DNA of 64,000 nt from positions 1 to 64,000 of the IMG/VR virus record IMGVR_UViG_3300042402_002055, one strand, 5' to 3'. Shown piece by piece: positions 31,170 through 41,166 of this stretch. This stretch comes from a virus. The position numbers and the translations under genes are program-made. Each line of letters begins with the position of its first letter. The stretch's first letter is position 1. The notes below the pieces were generated by a model. The model saw nothing but the letters and a program-made list of their open reading frames with translations. It had not been told where the DNA came from and made no database searches.

Positions 31170-31661
31170 ATGCCAGAAATATTAGAGTTTGATAAAATTT
31201 TCTACCGTAATTTTGAACCAAAGTTAGCCAATAGGTTTATAATGGAAATCAATGGTATCGAATCGTACATTATCAAAACAGCACAAAGACCTACTGTTAC
31301 ATCAGAAGTGGTTGAGTTAGACCATATAAATGTAAAAAGAAAGATTAAGGGTAAAACACAATGGGATGATGTAGAAATCACTCTATATGACCCAATCACC
31401 CCATCTGGAGCTCAACAAGTAATGGATTGGATTAGATTATCACATGAGTCAATCACAGGTAGAGATGGATACGCTGCATTCTACAAAAAAGATATCAAAT
31501 TTTGGGCATTAGGTCCAGTAGGAGATAAAGTTGAAGAATGGACATTAAAAGGTGCATTCATTGTACAAGCAAACTTTGGTGAAATGGATTGGTCAAACAC
31601 AACAGACCCGGTTTCAATCACATTGAGTTTAGCGTATGATTACGCAATCTTAGAATACTAA
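31170..31661 (+). CDS. Tail tube protein, gp19-like
   Basis: EPKLANRF...WTLKGAF...LAYDYA; follows the sheath gene. Confidence 0.9.
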   Translation: MPEILEFDKIFYRNFEPKLANRFIMEINGIESYIIKTAQRPTVTSEVVELDHINVKRKIKGKTQWDDVEITLYDPITPSGAQQVMDWIRLSHESITGRDGYAAFYKKDIKFWALGPVGDKVEEWTLKGAFIVQANFGEMDWSNTTDPVSITLSLAYDYAILEY

Positions 31662-31681
31662 TCGTATTAAAATTATAAAAG

Positions 31682-31716
31682 AAAGGGATACCCATAAAGT
31701 ATCCCTTTTTTATTTT
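31682..31716 (+). terminator. Rho-independent terminator
   Basis: AAAGGGATAC-CCATAAA-GTATCCCTTT followed by a T run. Confidence 0.85.
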
Positions 31717-31756
31717 TGAAAAACATAATATATATAATAAAGACAAAAGTTATATT

Positions 31757-32569
31757 ATGGAACAAAACATTGAACAACAAGTTACAAGAGGATTGGGTGG
31801 ATTTACACAACAAGGACAAAGGTCATTTCCTTTCCCAACCGAAATTATCAGTTTACCATCAAAAGGATTATGTTATCCTGAAAGTTCTCCACTATCCAAA
31901 GGAGAAATCACAATTAAGTTAATGACTGCAAAAGAAGAAGACATTTTAACTTCTACTAATTTGATTAAAAAAGGTATTCAATTAGATAAGTTATTAGAAT
32001 CTATTGTAGTTGAACCTGGAGTACATATTAACGATTTATTGGTAGGTGATAAGAATGCAATATTAGTTACAAGTAGAATGTTAGCATTTGGTCCTGATTA
32101 TCAAATATCAGTTAGAGATAATGGTTCTGGACAAGATGTTGAAGTTAATGTTGATTTATCACAAATACAGGTAAAAGAAGTAGACGAATCTTTATTAAAT
32201 AGACAAAATGAATACGAATATACATTACCTGTTTCAAAAACAACAATTAAATTTAAATTGTTAACACATGGTGATGAATTGGCAATAAATAAAGATATAG
32301 AGGCAACCGAAAAGGTTTTAAAACAAGGTAATGAAATTACCGCAAGATATAGAAGAATTATAGTAGAAGTTGGTGGAAATAAAGATTTAGGATTTATTAG
32401 TAATTTTGTAACAAATCAATTACTTGCAGGTGATAGTAGAGGTTTGAGAAAGTATATGAAATCTATAACTCCTGATTTAGATTTAACATTCAACTACGAA
32501 CATTCAGACGGTGAAATGGAGGCACTAAGAATCCCATTCGGGTTAAACTTTTTTTACCCTGCCGAGTAA
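31757..32569 (+). CDS. Baseplate hub/tail assembly chaperone (T4 gp26-like)
   Basis: LPSKG..Y...MTAKEEDIL motif; lies between tube and tape measure. Confidence 0.75.
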   Translation: MEQNIEQQVTRGLGGFTQQGQRSFPFPTEIISLPSKGLCYPESSPLSKGEITIKLMTAKEEDILTSTNLIKKGIQLDKLLESIVVEPGVHINDLLVGDKNAILVTSRMLAFGPDYQISVRDNGSGQDVEVNVDLSQIQVKEVDESLLNRQNEYEYTLPVSKTTIKFKLLTHGDELAINKDIEATEKVLKQGNEITARYRRIIVEVGGNKDLGFISNFVTNQLLAGDSRGLRKYMKSITPDLDLTFNYEHSDGEMEALRIPFGLNFFYPAE

Positions 32570-32771
32570 TTATTCAGTAGTTTTACATGAAAAAATATTT
32601 CAAATGATATATTTTGCCAATGGTGGATTTAATTGGCAAGACCTATATTATATGCCTATTAAATTAAGAGAATTTTATTGGAGAGAATTGTTGAAAACAA
32701 AAGAATCGGAAAAACAATCATACGAAAAGGCATCTAAAAAATCAAATACATCAAAAACATCTAGAAAGTAA
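32550..32771 (+). CDS. Chaperone frameshift extension (lambda gpT-like); alternatively a 55-aa ORF from ATG 32604
   Basis: The +1 frame is open from the T7 run: FFTLPSNYSVVLHEKIFQMIYFANGGFNWQDLYYMPIKLREFYWRELLK...; absent from the ORF track. Confidence 0.7.
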   Translation, partial: FFTLPSNYSVVLHEKIFQMIYFANGGFNWQDLYYMPIKLREFYWRELLKTKESEKQSYEKASKKSNTSKTSRK

Positions 32772-32791
32772 TATTTATACTAAAGTATTTT

Positions 32792-33040
32792 ATGCCTAAA
32801 CAAAGATTGATTGAAATGAGTGTTTTTAATAGATTATTAAATCTATTCTTAAAAGCAAAATCTAATAATAGAGAACAATCTTTTATAAGAGATATATCTA
32901 AAAAAGACCCACAGTTGGGAAAGTTATATTCTATTTGGAATGATAGAATGGATGATGCATTAATTTCTATGAAAAATACTTTACAAAAGCAAGGATTGTC
33001 AACTAAAGAAATTGACAAAATTTTGAATAAAAATTACTAA
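32792..33040 (+). CDS. Hypothetical protein
   Basis: Late motif at 32771; coupled to the next gene. Confidence 0.6.
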   Translation: MPKQRLIEMSVFNRLLNLFLKAKSNNREQSFIRDISKKDPQLGKLYSIWNDRMDDALISMKNTLQKQGLSTKEIDKILNKNY

Positions 33041-35637
33041 TGGCAAAAGAGCAATTTTCTCAAGAGGATATAAAGGATATAAAAGAATATAGAGACTTAT
33101 TAAAAAGTACTCAAGCAGAATGGACTGCCATTAATAAAGAATTAGCAAAATATAAATATGTAACCAATCAAACAAAAGAAGATTTAAAAAATAAATTAAA
33201 GGCTTTAGTAAATGAATATGGTACATATAAAGATATTATTTCTGAATTAAAAAAATATGAAAATCTTGTCAAAAAAATAGAACAAGAACAAGAAAAGAAA
33301 CTAAAAAATTTAGAAAAAGAAAAAGACTTACAGGAAGACATTGAAGAAATAACTAAAAATCAATTAATAAATTTTGATGAATTAGATGAATTACAAAGAA
33401 GTATTACATCCGAATATAAGAGACAATATATAGATGCAGGTGCAATAGAAAAAAAGATAGATTCTACAAAAGCTTTAGTAGGTGGAATTAACACATTCTT
33501 AGAAAAAAATACAGACATACAGGGTAGACAAAAAGAATTAATTGAAGAAGCAGCTGACCAGTATAAAAATATGCCTATATCGGTTGCTGATTTAAAAAGG
33601 CAATTAAAAAGTGGTAGTATTACTCAAAAAGAATATAATAAGGCTTTATATGAAATGTCAGACACATTTGAAGAAACTATTTCAAAAATAGATAAAAATG
33701 ATGAAAGACTTAAAGGTATTTTGGAGACTTTAGAAAAGATGAAGGAAGAAACCAATGCTTTTGGAACAGCAATGGGTAAAACATCAGAAGCGGGTGAATT
33801 ATTTTTTGATAAAACATTTGGAGCTATGCCTGGAGGAATTGGTGAACTTTCCAATTCAATTAAAGAAGCAAAAAAAGAATTTAAAGAAACGGGAACTCTA
33901 TCGGATTTAACACTCGCGGGAGGAGCTTATTTAGCAGCAAGAGCTAAATTTTATGCGGGTAATGCTTTTGGTATGGTTAATCCCACCGGTGCTCAACCAA
34001 TACCAGAATCAAATGATAGTAATCCATTAATACAACTTTCTTCTCAATTAAAGTATTTAGACGCACTATCTGATAAATATAACACATTAGCATCCGCATC
34101 TGAAAAGTTTTATATGAACAATTCTGGTTTAACCAAACTATTTGCAGAATTTGATTTTCAAACACAAGTTCAGCTTGCAAGAAAAGAATTTGAAAAAACT
34201 TCTAAAACTGCATTTTTTGGTAGTGGATTGGGTAGTGTAAAATATGCGGCTGACCAATTACAAATGGCAGGAATAGGTGCAGATGTAATAGTATCTACTA
34301 TGTCAGAAATGACAACAGGTGCAAATAGTGGAATTCAAGGATTAAGTGAAGATGTTGCAGTATTTTCTAAAAAAACAGGAATAGCCGCATCAGAACTTTC
34401 CGGAATAACTGGATTATTTAGAATGTTGGACAAAACGGGTGGTGCAGATGCATTTAAAGATTTAACATCGTCTTTAAGTGCAGCCGATTTGGATAAATTC
34501 AATATTGCAGATATTTCAGGGGAATTGGCCAACTCTAGTGAAATGGCATTACTTGCCAATATAAAAAGTGGTAAAGAACTAGTTAAACAGGTTAGAAATG
34601 TAAGAGAGATGGGTGGTTCTTTTGTAAAAATTGCAGAAGCTGGTAAATCTATGGTATTAAATTACAAAGATAGTATTAAAAAAGAAATGGAATTATCTGC
34701 AATGTTGGGTGAAAATGTTGACCTTTCAGAAGCTAGAGCACTATTTGCTGCAGGAAAAGATGATGAGGGGTTTAAATCATTAAAAGATTCTGGAATATTA
34801 GAAAAAGCTCAAGCACAGGGGATTTTTGCAGTAGATTTAGTCAATAGTCTTTTTCCGGCACAACAATTAGCTAAACAACCTTTGGAAAAGGGGGCATCTG
34901 CGGGAATAAAATCAAATGAAGATTTTTTAAAAACTTTACAAAATTCTTTAAAAGATTTTGAAATAGGTAGTGCTATAATAAATGTGCAAAGAGCCGGATT
35001 GAGAGAATTATTACAATTTGCTCCTGGAAATAAAGGTGATGAATCTGTAAATCAACAATTGGCAAAATTAAGAGAAAATGCATTTTCTGATGCAATTAGT
35101 ACATTAGTAGATATTCAAAAATTTGCATTAAGAGAAGGGAAAATAATTGGTGAAGTTCCAGTACTTGGGCCCCCACTAAAATCTGCACTTGATTTAATAG
35201 AGCAACCTTCCGGAATAAATAACCCATATATAACTGGTAAATTTCCAAAAAATAATGATAAATTATTCGGAACAACACCATTTTTAAATCAAACCAACCC
35301 ACAAGGAACCCCAGCCGAACAAAAAGAGAGATTAAAAAAAGCTATTGAGGAAATTAAAAATTCAATGCCAAAAGGAGGAGTTATTAAGGGTAGTACATTT
35401 GATTTTAATATGTCTGAGGTAATTTCTCAACCATTGAAGATATCAAATACTTCACTTAAAAGTATAGATGTTCAATCAACTACACAAACTGGATTATTAC
35501 AAAATTTACAAACAATAATGGCAACACTGGCAAATTTTACAGACCCAACTTTTGGATTAAAATTGTTAATAGATGGTAAGGATGTTAAAAGTAGAATTGA
35601 AAAAATCAAAATACAAGAAAAAGGAAAAACTAAATAA
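33040..35637 (+). CDS. Tape measure protein (probable)
   Basis: Long helical/coiled-coil protein after the tail chaperone; C-terminal LLIDGKDV. Confidence 0.65.
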   Translation: MAKEQFSQEDIKDIKEYRDLLKSTQAEWTAINKELAKYKYVTNQTKEDLKNKLKALVNEYGTYKDIISELKKYENLVKKIEQEQEKKLKNLEKEKDLQEDIEEITKNQLINFDELDELQRSITSEYKRQYIDAGAIEKKIDSTKALVGGINTFLEKNTDIQGRQKELIEEAADQYKNMPISVADLKRQLKSGSITQKEYNKALYEMSDTFEETISKIDKNDERLKGILETLEKMKEETNAFGTAMGKTSEAGELFFDKTFGAMPGGIGELSNSIKEAKKEFKETGTLSDLTLAGGAYLAARAKFYAGNAFGMVNPTGAQPIPESNDSNPLIQLSSQLKYLDALSDKYNTLASASEKFYMNNSGLTKLFAEFDFQTQVQLARKEFEKTSKTAFFGSGLGSVKYAADQLQMAGIGADVIVSTMSEMTTGANSGIQGLSEDVAVFSKKTGIAASELSGITGLFRMLDKTGGADAFKDLTSSLSAADLDKFNIADISGELANSSEMALLANIKSGKELVKQVRNVREMGGSFVKIAEAGKSMVLNYKDSIKKEMELSAMLGENVDLSEARALFAAGKDDEGFKSLKDSGILEKAQAQGIFAVDLVNSLFPAQQLAKQPLEKGASAGIKSNEDFLKTLQNSLKDFEIGSAIINVQRAGLRELLQFAPGNKGDESVNQQLAKLRENAFSDAISTLVDIQKFALREGKIIGEVPVLGPPLKSALDLIEQPSGINNPYITGKFPKNNDKLFGTTPFLNQTNPQGTPAEQKERLKKAIEEIKNSMPKGGVIKGSTFDFNMSEVISQPLKISNTSLKSIDVQSTTQTGLLQNLQTIMATLANFTDPTFGLKLLIDGKDVKSRIEKIKIQEKGKTK

Positions 35638-35684
35638 TCTCAACAAATTATAATATAAGATATTTATAATAAATAAAATTATAA

Positions 35685-37349
35685 ATGGCTCAATTTCTTA
35701 GAGATTTATTAAGGAATGGATATAATGGTGTTAAACCAATAGAAACCGTTGAAAAAAAGAAAGGACTAGGTCAGAGAATTAAAGATGTCGCAACGGCAGA
35801 ATTAGATAAAAATGGCCCAAGAGTTTTATTTTACAAACGATTACCAACATTATATGGTTCAGATTTAGTTAGAATATCAACTAAAGGTTCGGTTGAACCT
35901 GCAAGAACATTGACCGTTAGAGGTGCAAGATATGTAGATACAAATAATGCAGGTGGTGGTGGATTTGCTAGATTTTTAGGTAATTTATTAGGTGGTTCTG
36001 CAAATAGACCATCCGACACTATATTCCCCGCAAATGACCAGGGGCAAGGTATTGCAAGTGAACCTCCTGTTTCAATAAATGGACAACCTATCAATGGTGA
36101 TTGGAATGGTTTAAAGTATGCAGTTGAAGCTGGTAAAAATTATGCAGTATCACAAGAGCCAGCAGGTAAAAATGCACTTACTGGATTATTAAAAGGAAAT
36201 CCATCAGACATTGCAAGAAATGCAGCTGGAGCAATTACAGGTGCTGCAAAAAATGCAGTAAAAAATATTGCAGTAAATGCATTGACTTCAAGAAGGAAAA
36301 ATGCAATTGGTGATTTATCTGATAAACTAAAAAAATCAGCAAATTTAAATACAACTGTTAGAGTACCAAATACAAAAGAAAAACCTGGTAGTAAATTTAT
36401 AAAGGTAAAAGATGGTGTATTGGGGATTCCAAAATTGATTGATGTTAAACAATTAGGATTAAAAGAAAGAAATTATTTAATTGATACGATTTTACAAAAA
36501 GAATCCTTAGTAAACTACGCAAGATTAAAAGACATAGTAGAACAAAATACAGGAAATAACTTACAATTTATAAAAATAAAAAAAGAAGGAACAGGTCCAA
36601 ACGAAGGTGCATATCTATTATTTCCGGCAACCATAACCGATGTACAGGATAATATGACACCTGAATGGTCTTCATTTAAATATGTTGGTTCACCTTTTAA
36701 TACTTACAGATATACGGGTGTTGAACGAAAGATATCATTTGATTTTAGAGTTTATTATATTGAAAATGGTGACCAGATTGTAATGCGTAATAAATTGAAC
36801 TTATTAAGAGAATTGGTATACCCGTCGACAAACGTTACATCGATAAATTTAACAGGAACAGAATATACACCAATTGTATTCAAACCAAATACTATACAAC
36901 TCAGTATAGGTGCATTATATAATAACTTAAAAGGATTTATTTCAAATTTATCAATAACGGTTCCACAAGAAGCCCCTTGGGCAACATCAAATCCAAATTT
37001 TTTGAAAGAAAATGTAAATATGGTATATCCTACTTTTGTTGATGTTTCATTTGAAATGACTATAATTGAAAATCATATATTAAATCCAAATGAGGGTATT
37101 ACATATAGATTTGATGATGTTGAAGAAAAAGACCCGAGACCTACATTACAAACTCCAAATGTATCATCATTAAATGGGGTAAGAGCTGACAATGGATATA
37201 ATGATGTTGGAATTAAAACACAGTTTCAAAAAAACAGAGAAATAGATAGACTAGCTGATTTTGCAAATCCTGGATTAACAAATTCAATTTATGGTAAAGG
37301 AGGAATAGTTAAATGGGATGCATTTAAAGATAGACCAAAAGGAGAATAA
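35685..37349 (+). CDS. Baseplate tail-tube initiator-like protein
   Basis: W..FKYVGSP...YRYTGVERKISFDF tube-fold motif. Confidence 0.55.
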   Translation: MAQFLRDLLRNGYNGVKPIETVEKKKGLGQRIKDVATAELDKNGPRVLFYKRLPTLYGSDLVRISTKGSVEPARTLTVRGARYVDTNNAGGGGFARFLGNLLGGSANRPSDTIFPANDQGQGIASEPPVSINGQPINGDWNGLKYAVEAGKNYAVSQEPAGKNALTGLLKGNPSDIARNAAGAITGAAKNAVKNIAVNALTSRRKNAIGDLSDKLKKSANLNTTVRVPNTKEKPGSKFIKVKDGVLGIPKLIDVKQLGLKERNYLIDTILQKESLVNYARLKDIVEQNTGNNLQFIKIKKEGTGPNEGAYLLFPATITDVQDNMTPEWSSFKYVGSPFNTYRYTGVERKISFDFRVYYIENGDQIVMRNKLNLLRELVYPSTNVTSINLTGTEYTPIVFKPNTIQLSIGALYNNLKGFISNLSITVPQEAPWATSNPNFLKENVNMVYPTFVDVSFEMTIIENHILNPNEGITYRFDDVEEKDPRPTLQTPNVSSLNGVRADNGYNDVGIKTQFQKNREIDRLADFANPGLTNSIYGKGGIVKWDAFKDRPKGE

Positions 37350-37646
37350 ATGAGATACACATATAATAAAATATTAAAAGAAAAGGCAACACAAAAACAA
37401 TATTTTGAATCAACTATATATCCAAAAGTTAAGGCAACAGATAATGATATATACATTATATCAACACAATCTGATAGATTAGACTTATTGGCTTCAAAAT
37501 ATTTTGGCAATGCATCTTATTGGTGGATAATATCGGTTGCAAACAATTTAAATGATGCATCTTTATCAATAGAACCTGGTACACAATTAAGAATACCATC
37601 CAACATAAATTCTGTATTAAACGAATTTGAAAGAATTAATAGATAA
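37350..37646 (+). CDS. LysM-domain baseplate protein (gp53/gpX-like)
   Basis: DRLDLLASKYFGNASYWWIISVAN...PGTQLRIP. Confidence 0.8.
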   Translation: MRYTYNKILKEKATQKQYFESTIYPKVKATDNDIYIISTQSDRLDLLASKYFGNASYWWIISVANNLNDASLSIEPGTQLRIPSNINSVLNEFERINR

Positions 37647-37651
37647 GTTAT

Positions 37652-39910
37652 ATGATTTACTTAGCACCTCTCAAAAAATGGGTAGTAGATATTTTAGAAG
37701 AAAGAGAAAATAATCCAAAACTGGCAAATACAAAAATGCCATTTGTGATTATGACTTCTGGTGCAAAGGTGATTAAATCAGGAGGCCCTGCAAATACAAA
37801 AAAAGAGGCACTTGAACGAACAAAAGAAATTATACAAAATGATACCGGAGTTGAATATAAAGGATGTATAATTGCAAATCAATTTAATCCATCTTTAAAT
37901 TATTCATTAGGCCAAACTCCTGTTGGATTTGATTTTACAGGAAAACTAATAACTGCGGTTGGTGAATTTGGTAGAAAAATATCCATGCCAATTATAGAAT
38001 CGGTTGATATCAATACCGATGGTACGAATAATACATTATTGACTGCAAACGTAAATGTTAGATGTTTTTCATTAAAACAGTTTGAAATGTTTGAATTGTT
38101 TTTTTGTAAAGCAGGTATGCATATATTGATAGAGTATGGTGATAATTCGAACTCACATACATTAATTTTAGATGAAGTAATGATTGATAAGTCGGATTAT
38201 GAAACATTTGTTAAAACTTTTAAATCATTTACTGACCCAAAAATACAACAATTTGCTAAATATTTAAAAGCTTGTGAAATATCAAATGGTTCATATGCTA
38301 GAGTTGCGGGTAAATTGATAAATTATAGTTATTCAATTGAACAAGATGGAACATATTCGGTACAATTGGAAGTTGCACAATCAAATGAATACAATTTGGC
38401 ATTACCAAAGGCATTTATTACAAAGTATAAAGCCTTCGATGCACCTTCAAAGGGTGTAACGGTATGGGAACAGTGGACAAATAAATTGGTAAATGATTTA
38501 CCTGGATTGAATAAAGATATGGTGAAAAAATTAAATGAAGCGGAATGGAAAAATCATTTTTTTAATTGGGGTAAAATCAACGAAGACGAAATAGATAAAA
38601 CTGCATCAACCGAACCATACCTATCTTTAAAATTCATATTAGAAATTTTAGCAAATAATACGGCAAATCAAGGAAACAATTCTGATTTTATATCATTTAA
38701 AAGTGATTATTTTAAAATTAAAGATTCAAATGAAAAGATAATTCCAATAACTGTACATAATAATATGATATCATCCGACAATGATATAATATTTCCAAAT
38801 GAAAATTTACCTGAATTTACATTTAATTCGGGTTCTGGCCTGATTGAAAGAAAAACCAATGGTTCGATTGATGGTAGTATTGGTGTTGGTAATGATAAAC
38901 TTTCTTTAATTCCAAATAAAGAAATAACATTTATAGACCCATTAGAAAAAAATACAATATTAAAACTTGTAGAGATTAAAGATAAAAATAATCAAACATT
39001 GGTTGATTTAAAAATTGGAAATGCACTAAACATTTTTGTATCGTATAAAGTTGTTGGGGGAGCTTGGGAAAGAAATACAAAAATCATAGATTTTATAGTT
39101 GATATATTAGATAGAATAAATAAAACTTCTTTTGGTTTATTTAAATTAAGAATTGGGTCTTTATATGAGGGTGCAAAACAAACAGTAATAGACACAAAAT
39201 TATATCCGTTAAATACGGAACAACCCAGTAATAGAAAAGAATATAGATTTAAACCAACAACCATGAATTCAAATGTTAGAGATTTCAAATTTAACTTTGA
39301 ACTAACGGACCAGGTAGCTGCAGCAACTATATTCAATTCATCTAAATTTTTGGCAAATAGAAAAGCAGTAAAAGAAGGAAATCCTGAAAATAAGGATAGT
39401 ATAAATTTATCACCAGAATTATATCAAAGTATAGATTACTCTGCATTTTCAACGGCTGACGGATATTTTTCTATAAATGAAATAGAATATCAACAACTTA
39501 TAAATACTCCAGTAAAACCAAATACTGATGATAAAAATAAGACAAAAGAAGGTGCAGATGCCGAAAAAGAAGCAAAACGAAAATCTTATGATAATTTTCA
39601 AACTAAATTCAAATTCAAAAAAGGAGATATACGAACATTGGTTTACGAAGATTATAGTTTTATAAACACAGAACTTGGATTGAATACGGAGGATGTTAGA
39701 AGTAGATTTGAATTAGTGACTCCAATAAAAGTAAATTTGACAATTGATGGTATTAGTGGTATAACCTGTGGTGAAACGTTTAAAGTAGATGGTATACCTG
39801 AACAATACAATAGATTAGGACAATTTCAAATAACGAATACCAAACATGTAGTAAGTACGGACCAGGGTTGGACTACCGAAATAGAAGGTGAATTTAGATA
39901 TGGTGTTTAA
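37652..39910 (+). CDS. Baseplate hub protein (gp27/gpD-like, probable)
   Basis: C-terminal LTIDGISG...G.FQIT...H.V....WTTEIE; synteny. Confidence 0.55.
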   Translation: MIYLAPLKKWVVDILEERENNPKLANTKMPFVIMTSGAKVIKSGGPANTKKEALERTKEIIQNDTGVEYKGCIIANQFNPSLNYSLGQTPVGFDFTGKLITAVGEFGRKISMPIIESVDINTDGTNNTLLTANVNVRCFSLKQFEMFELFFCKAGMHILIEYGDNSNSHTLILDEVMIDKSDYETFVKTFKSFTDPKIQQFAKYLKACEISNGSYARVAGKLINYSYSIEQDGTYSVQLEVAQSNEYNLALPKAFITKYKAFDAPSKGVTVWEQWTNKLVNDLPGLNKDMVKKLNEAEWKNHFFNWGKINEDEIDKTASTEPYLSLKFILEILANNTANQGNNSDFISFKSDYFKIKDSNEKIIPITVHNNMISSDNDIIFPNENLPEFTFNSGSGLIERKTNGSIDGSIGVGNDKLSLIPNKEITFIDPLEKNTILKLVEIKDKNNQTLVDLKIGNALNIFVSYKVVGGAWERNTKIIDFIVDILDRINKTSFGLFKLRIGSLYEGAKQTVIDTKLYPLNTEQPSNRKEYRFKPTTMNSNVRDFKFNFELTDQVAAATIFNSSKFLANRKAVKEGNPENKDSINLSPELYQSIDYSAFSTADGYFSINEIEYQQLINTPVKPNTDDKNKTKEGADAEKEAKRKSYDNFQTKFKFKKGDIRTLVYEDYSFINTELGLNTEDVRSRFELVTPIKVNLTIDGISGITCGETFKVDGIPEQYNRLGQFQITNTKHVVSTDQGWTTEIEGEFRYGV

Positions 39911-39921
39911 ATAAAAATAAT

Positions 39922-40296
39922 ATGTATAAAGACGTTGCAAAAAATATTGAAAATTTTACATTACAAATTCCAAAAACCGTAATCCCGACTCCATCCGAAT
40001 TTGATTATGACAATGGATTTTTAAGAAGATATTTTATTCAAAAAACAAATGATTCAAATGGTTTTGTTTTTGAAGTATCCGAAGAAATACATGATGAGCT
40101 GAGAGATAACCCATTTTGGAAAGTTGCAGACTTAAAGTGGAGAATATCAGGACCAAAAGAAACGGTATATAATCAAATGGGTGAATTATCAGATGTTGGT
40201 GTTGAAATAACAAATAAACAAATTATCAATCTAACTTCTAACAAGATAAGAAATATATCATTATATCTACCAAACCTATTACAATTTCACAAATAA
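39922..40296 (+). CDS. Hypothetical protein
   Basis: Last ORF of the structural block. Confidence 0.6.
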   Translation: MYKDVAKNIENFTLQIPKTVIPTPSEFDYDNGFLRRYFIQKTNDSNGFVFEVSEEIHDELRDNPFWKVADLKWRISGPKETVYNQMGELSDVGVEITNKQIINLTSNKIRNISLYLPNLLQFHK

Positions 40297-40299
40297 TAA

Positions 40300-40331
40300 T
40301 TTGGTAAAATAAATTATTTTTACTATATTTA
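40300..40331 (+). promoter_or_regulatory. Bacteroidota-type promoter
   Basis: TTTG-N20-TATATTTA. Confidence 0.65.
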
Positions 40332-40351
40332 GTTATAAACAAATTAAAGTT

Positions 40352-41128
40352 ATGTCAAAATTTAAACATCTTACCACCGAAGAAATCCAACAAATGACAT
40401 TTGATTGGAGATATAGAGGTTGGACAGTATTGGAACTACTTACCGAATCAGAAGTTGATGAAATAAATGCAGAATTAGATAGATTGCGTTTAGAAAGAAA
40501 TGAATCTGAACCTGAAAAATGGCAAGAGTATGAACCATTTATGTATCCTCATAAATTATCTGATAAGTTAGAAAAACTATTTGCACATCCAAAGTTGATA
40601 GAGGCAATGGAGTTTTTAATGGAAGGTGAAATCGTAGGTATGCAAACTTGGGCATATTTTAAACCAAAAGGTGAGTTGGGTAGAGACCAACATCAAAATG
40701 CATTCTATACAGGTTGTGGCCATAATGAAATTGTAAACACTGCATTGGCATTAGATAATCACGACCCTGAAAATGGTTCAGTTTGGAATTATGAAGGTTC
40801 ACATAGATTACCTGTTTTACCTATGGAAGATAATGAGGAAAGAAAGGCAACTAACACTGCAAACTGGAGAAGTGAGAGAGGAATTAGTTGTGTAATGCCT
40901 GAAGGGCATGATTTCCGTAAAGTAGAAGGACATTTGAAAAAGGGACAAGTTGCACTTTTACACTCTCATGTTGTACATGGTTCTGACCCAAATAAAGATA
41001 CTACAAGAATGAGAAGAAATTTCTTAGGTGGTTATTTAAAGAAGGGTGCATATTTTAGACCAGGAAACCAAATGAAGAGAGAACCAATTGATATCTATGA
41101 AGTTAGAAAGAAACATTGGGGAGAATAA
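40352..41128 (+). CDS. PhyH-family 2OG-Fe(II) dioxygenase
   Basis: YFKP...HQN.FY, ALALD...ENG......GSH and H..VVHGS..N....RR motifs. Confidence 0.85.
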   Translation: MSKFKHLTTEEIQQMTFDWRYRGWTVLELLTESEVDEINAELDRLRLERNESEPEKWQEYEPFMYPHKLSDKLEKLFAHPKLIEAMEFLMEGEIVGMQTWAYFKPKGELGRDQHQNAFYTGCGHNEIVNTALALDNHDPENGSVWNYEGSHRLPVLPMEDNEERKATNTANWRSERGISCVMPEGHDFRKVEGHLKKGQVALLHSHVVHGSDPNKDTTRMRRNFLGGYLKKGAYFRPGNQMKREPIDIYEVRKKHWGE

Positions 41129-41130
41129 AT

Positions 41131-41160
41131 TTTGTAAATCAAAATATTTTTAGTATATTG
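41131..41160 (+). promoter_or_regulatory. Bacteroidota-type promoter
   Basis: TTTG-N19-TATATTG. Confidence 0.6.
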
Positions 41161-41166
41161 TAGGGT

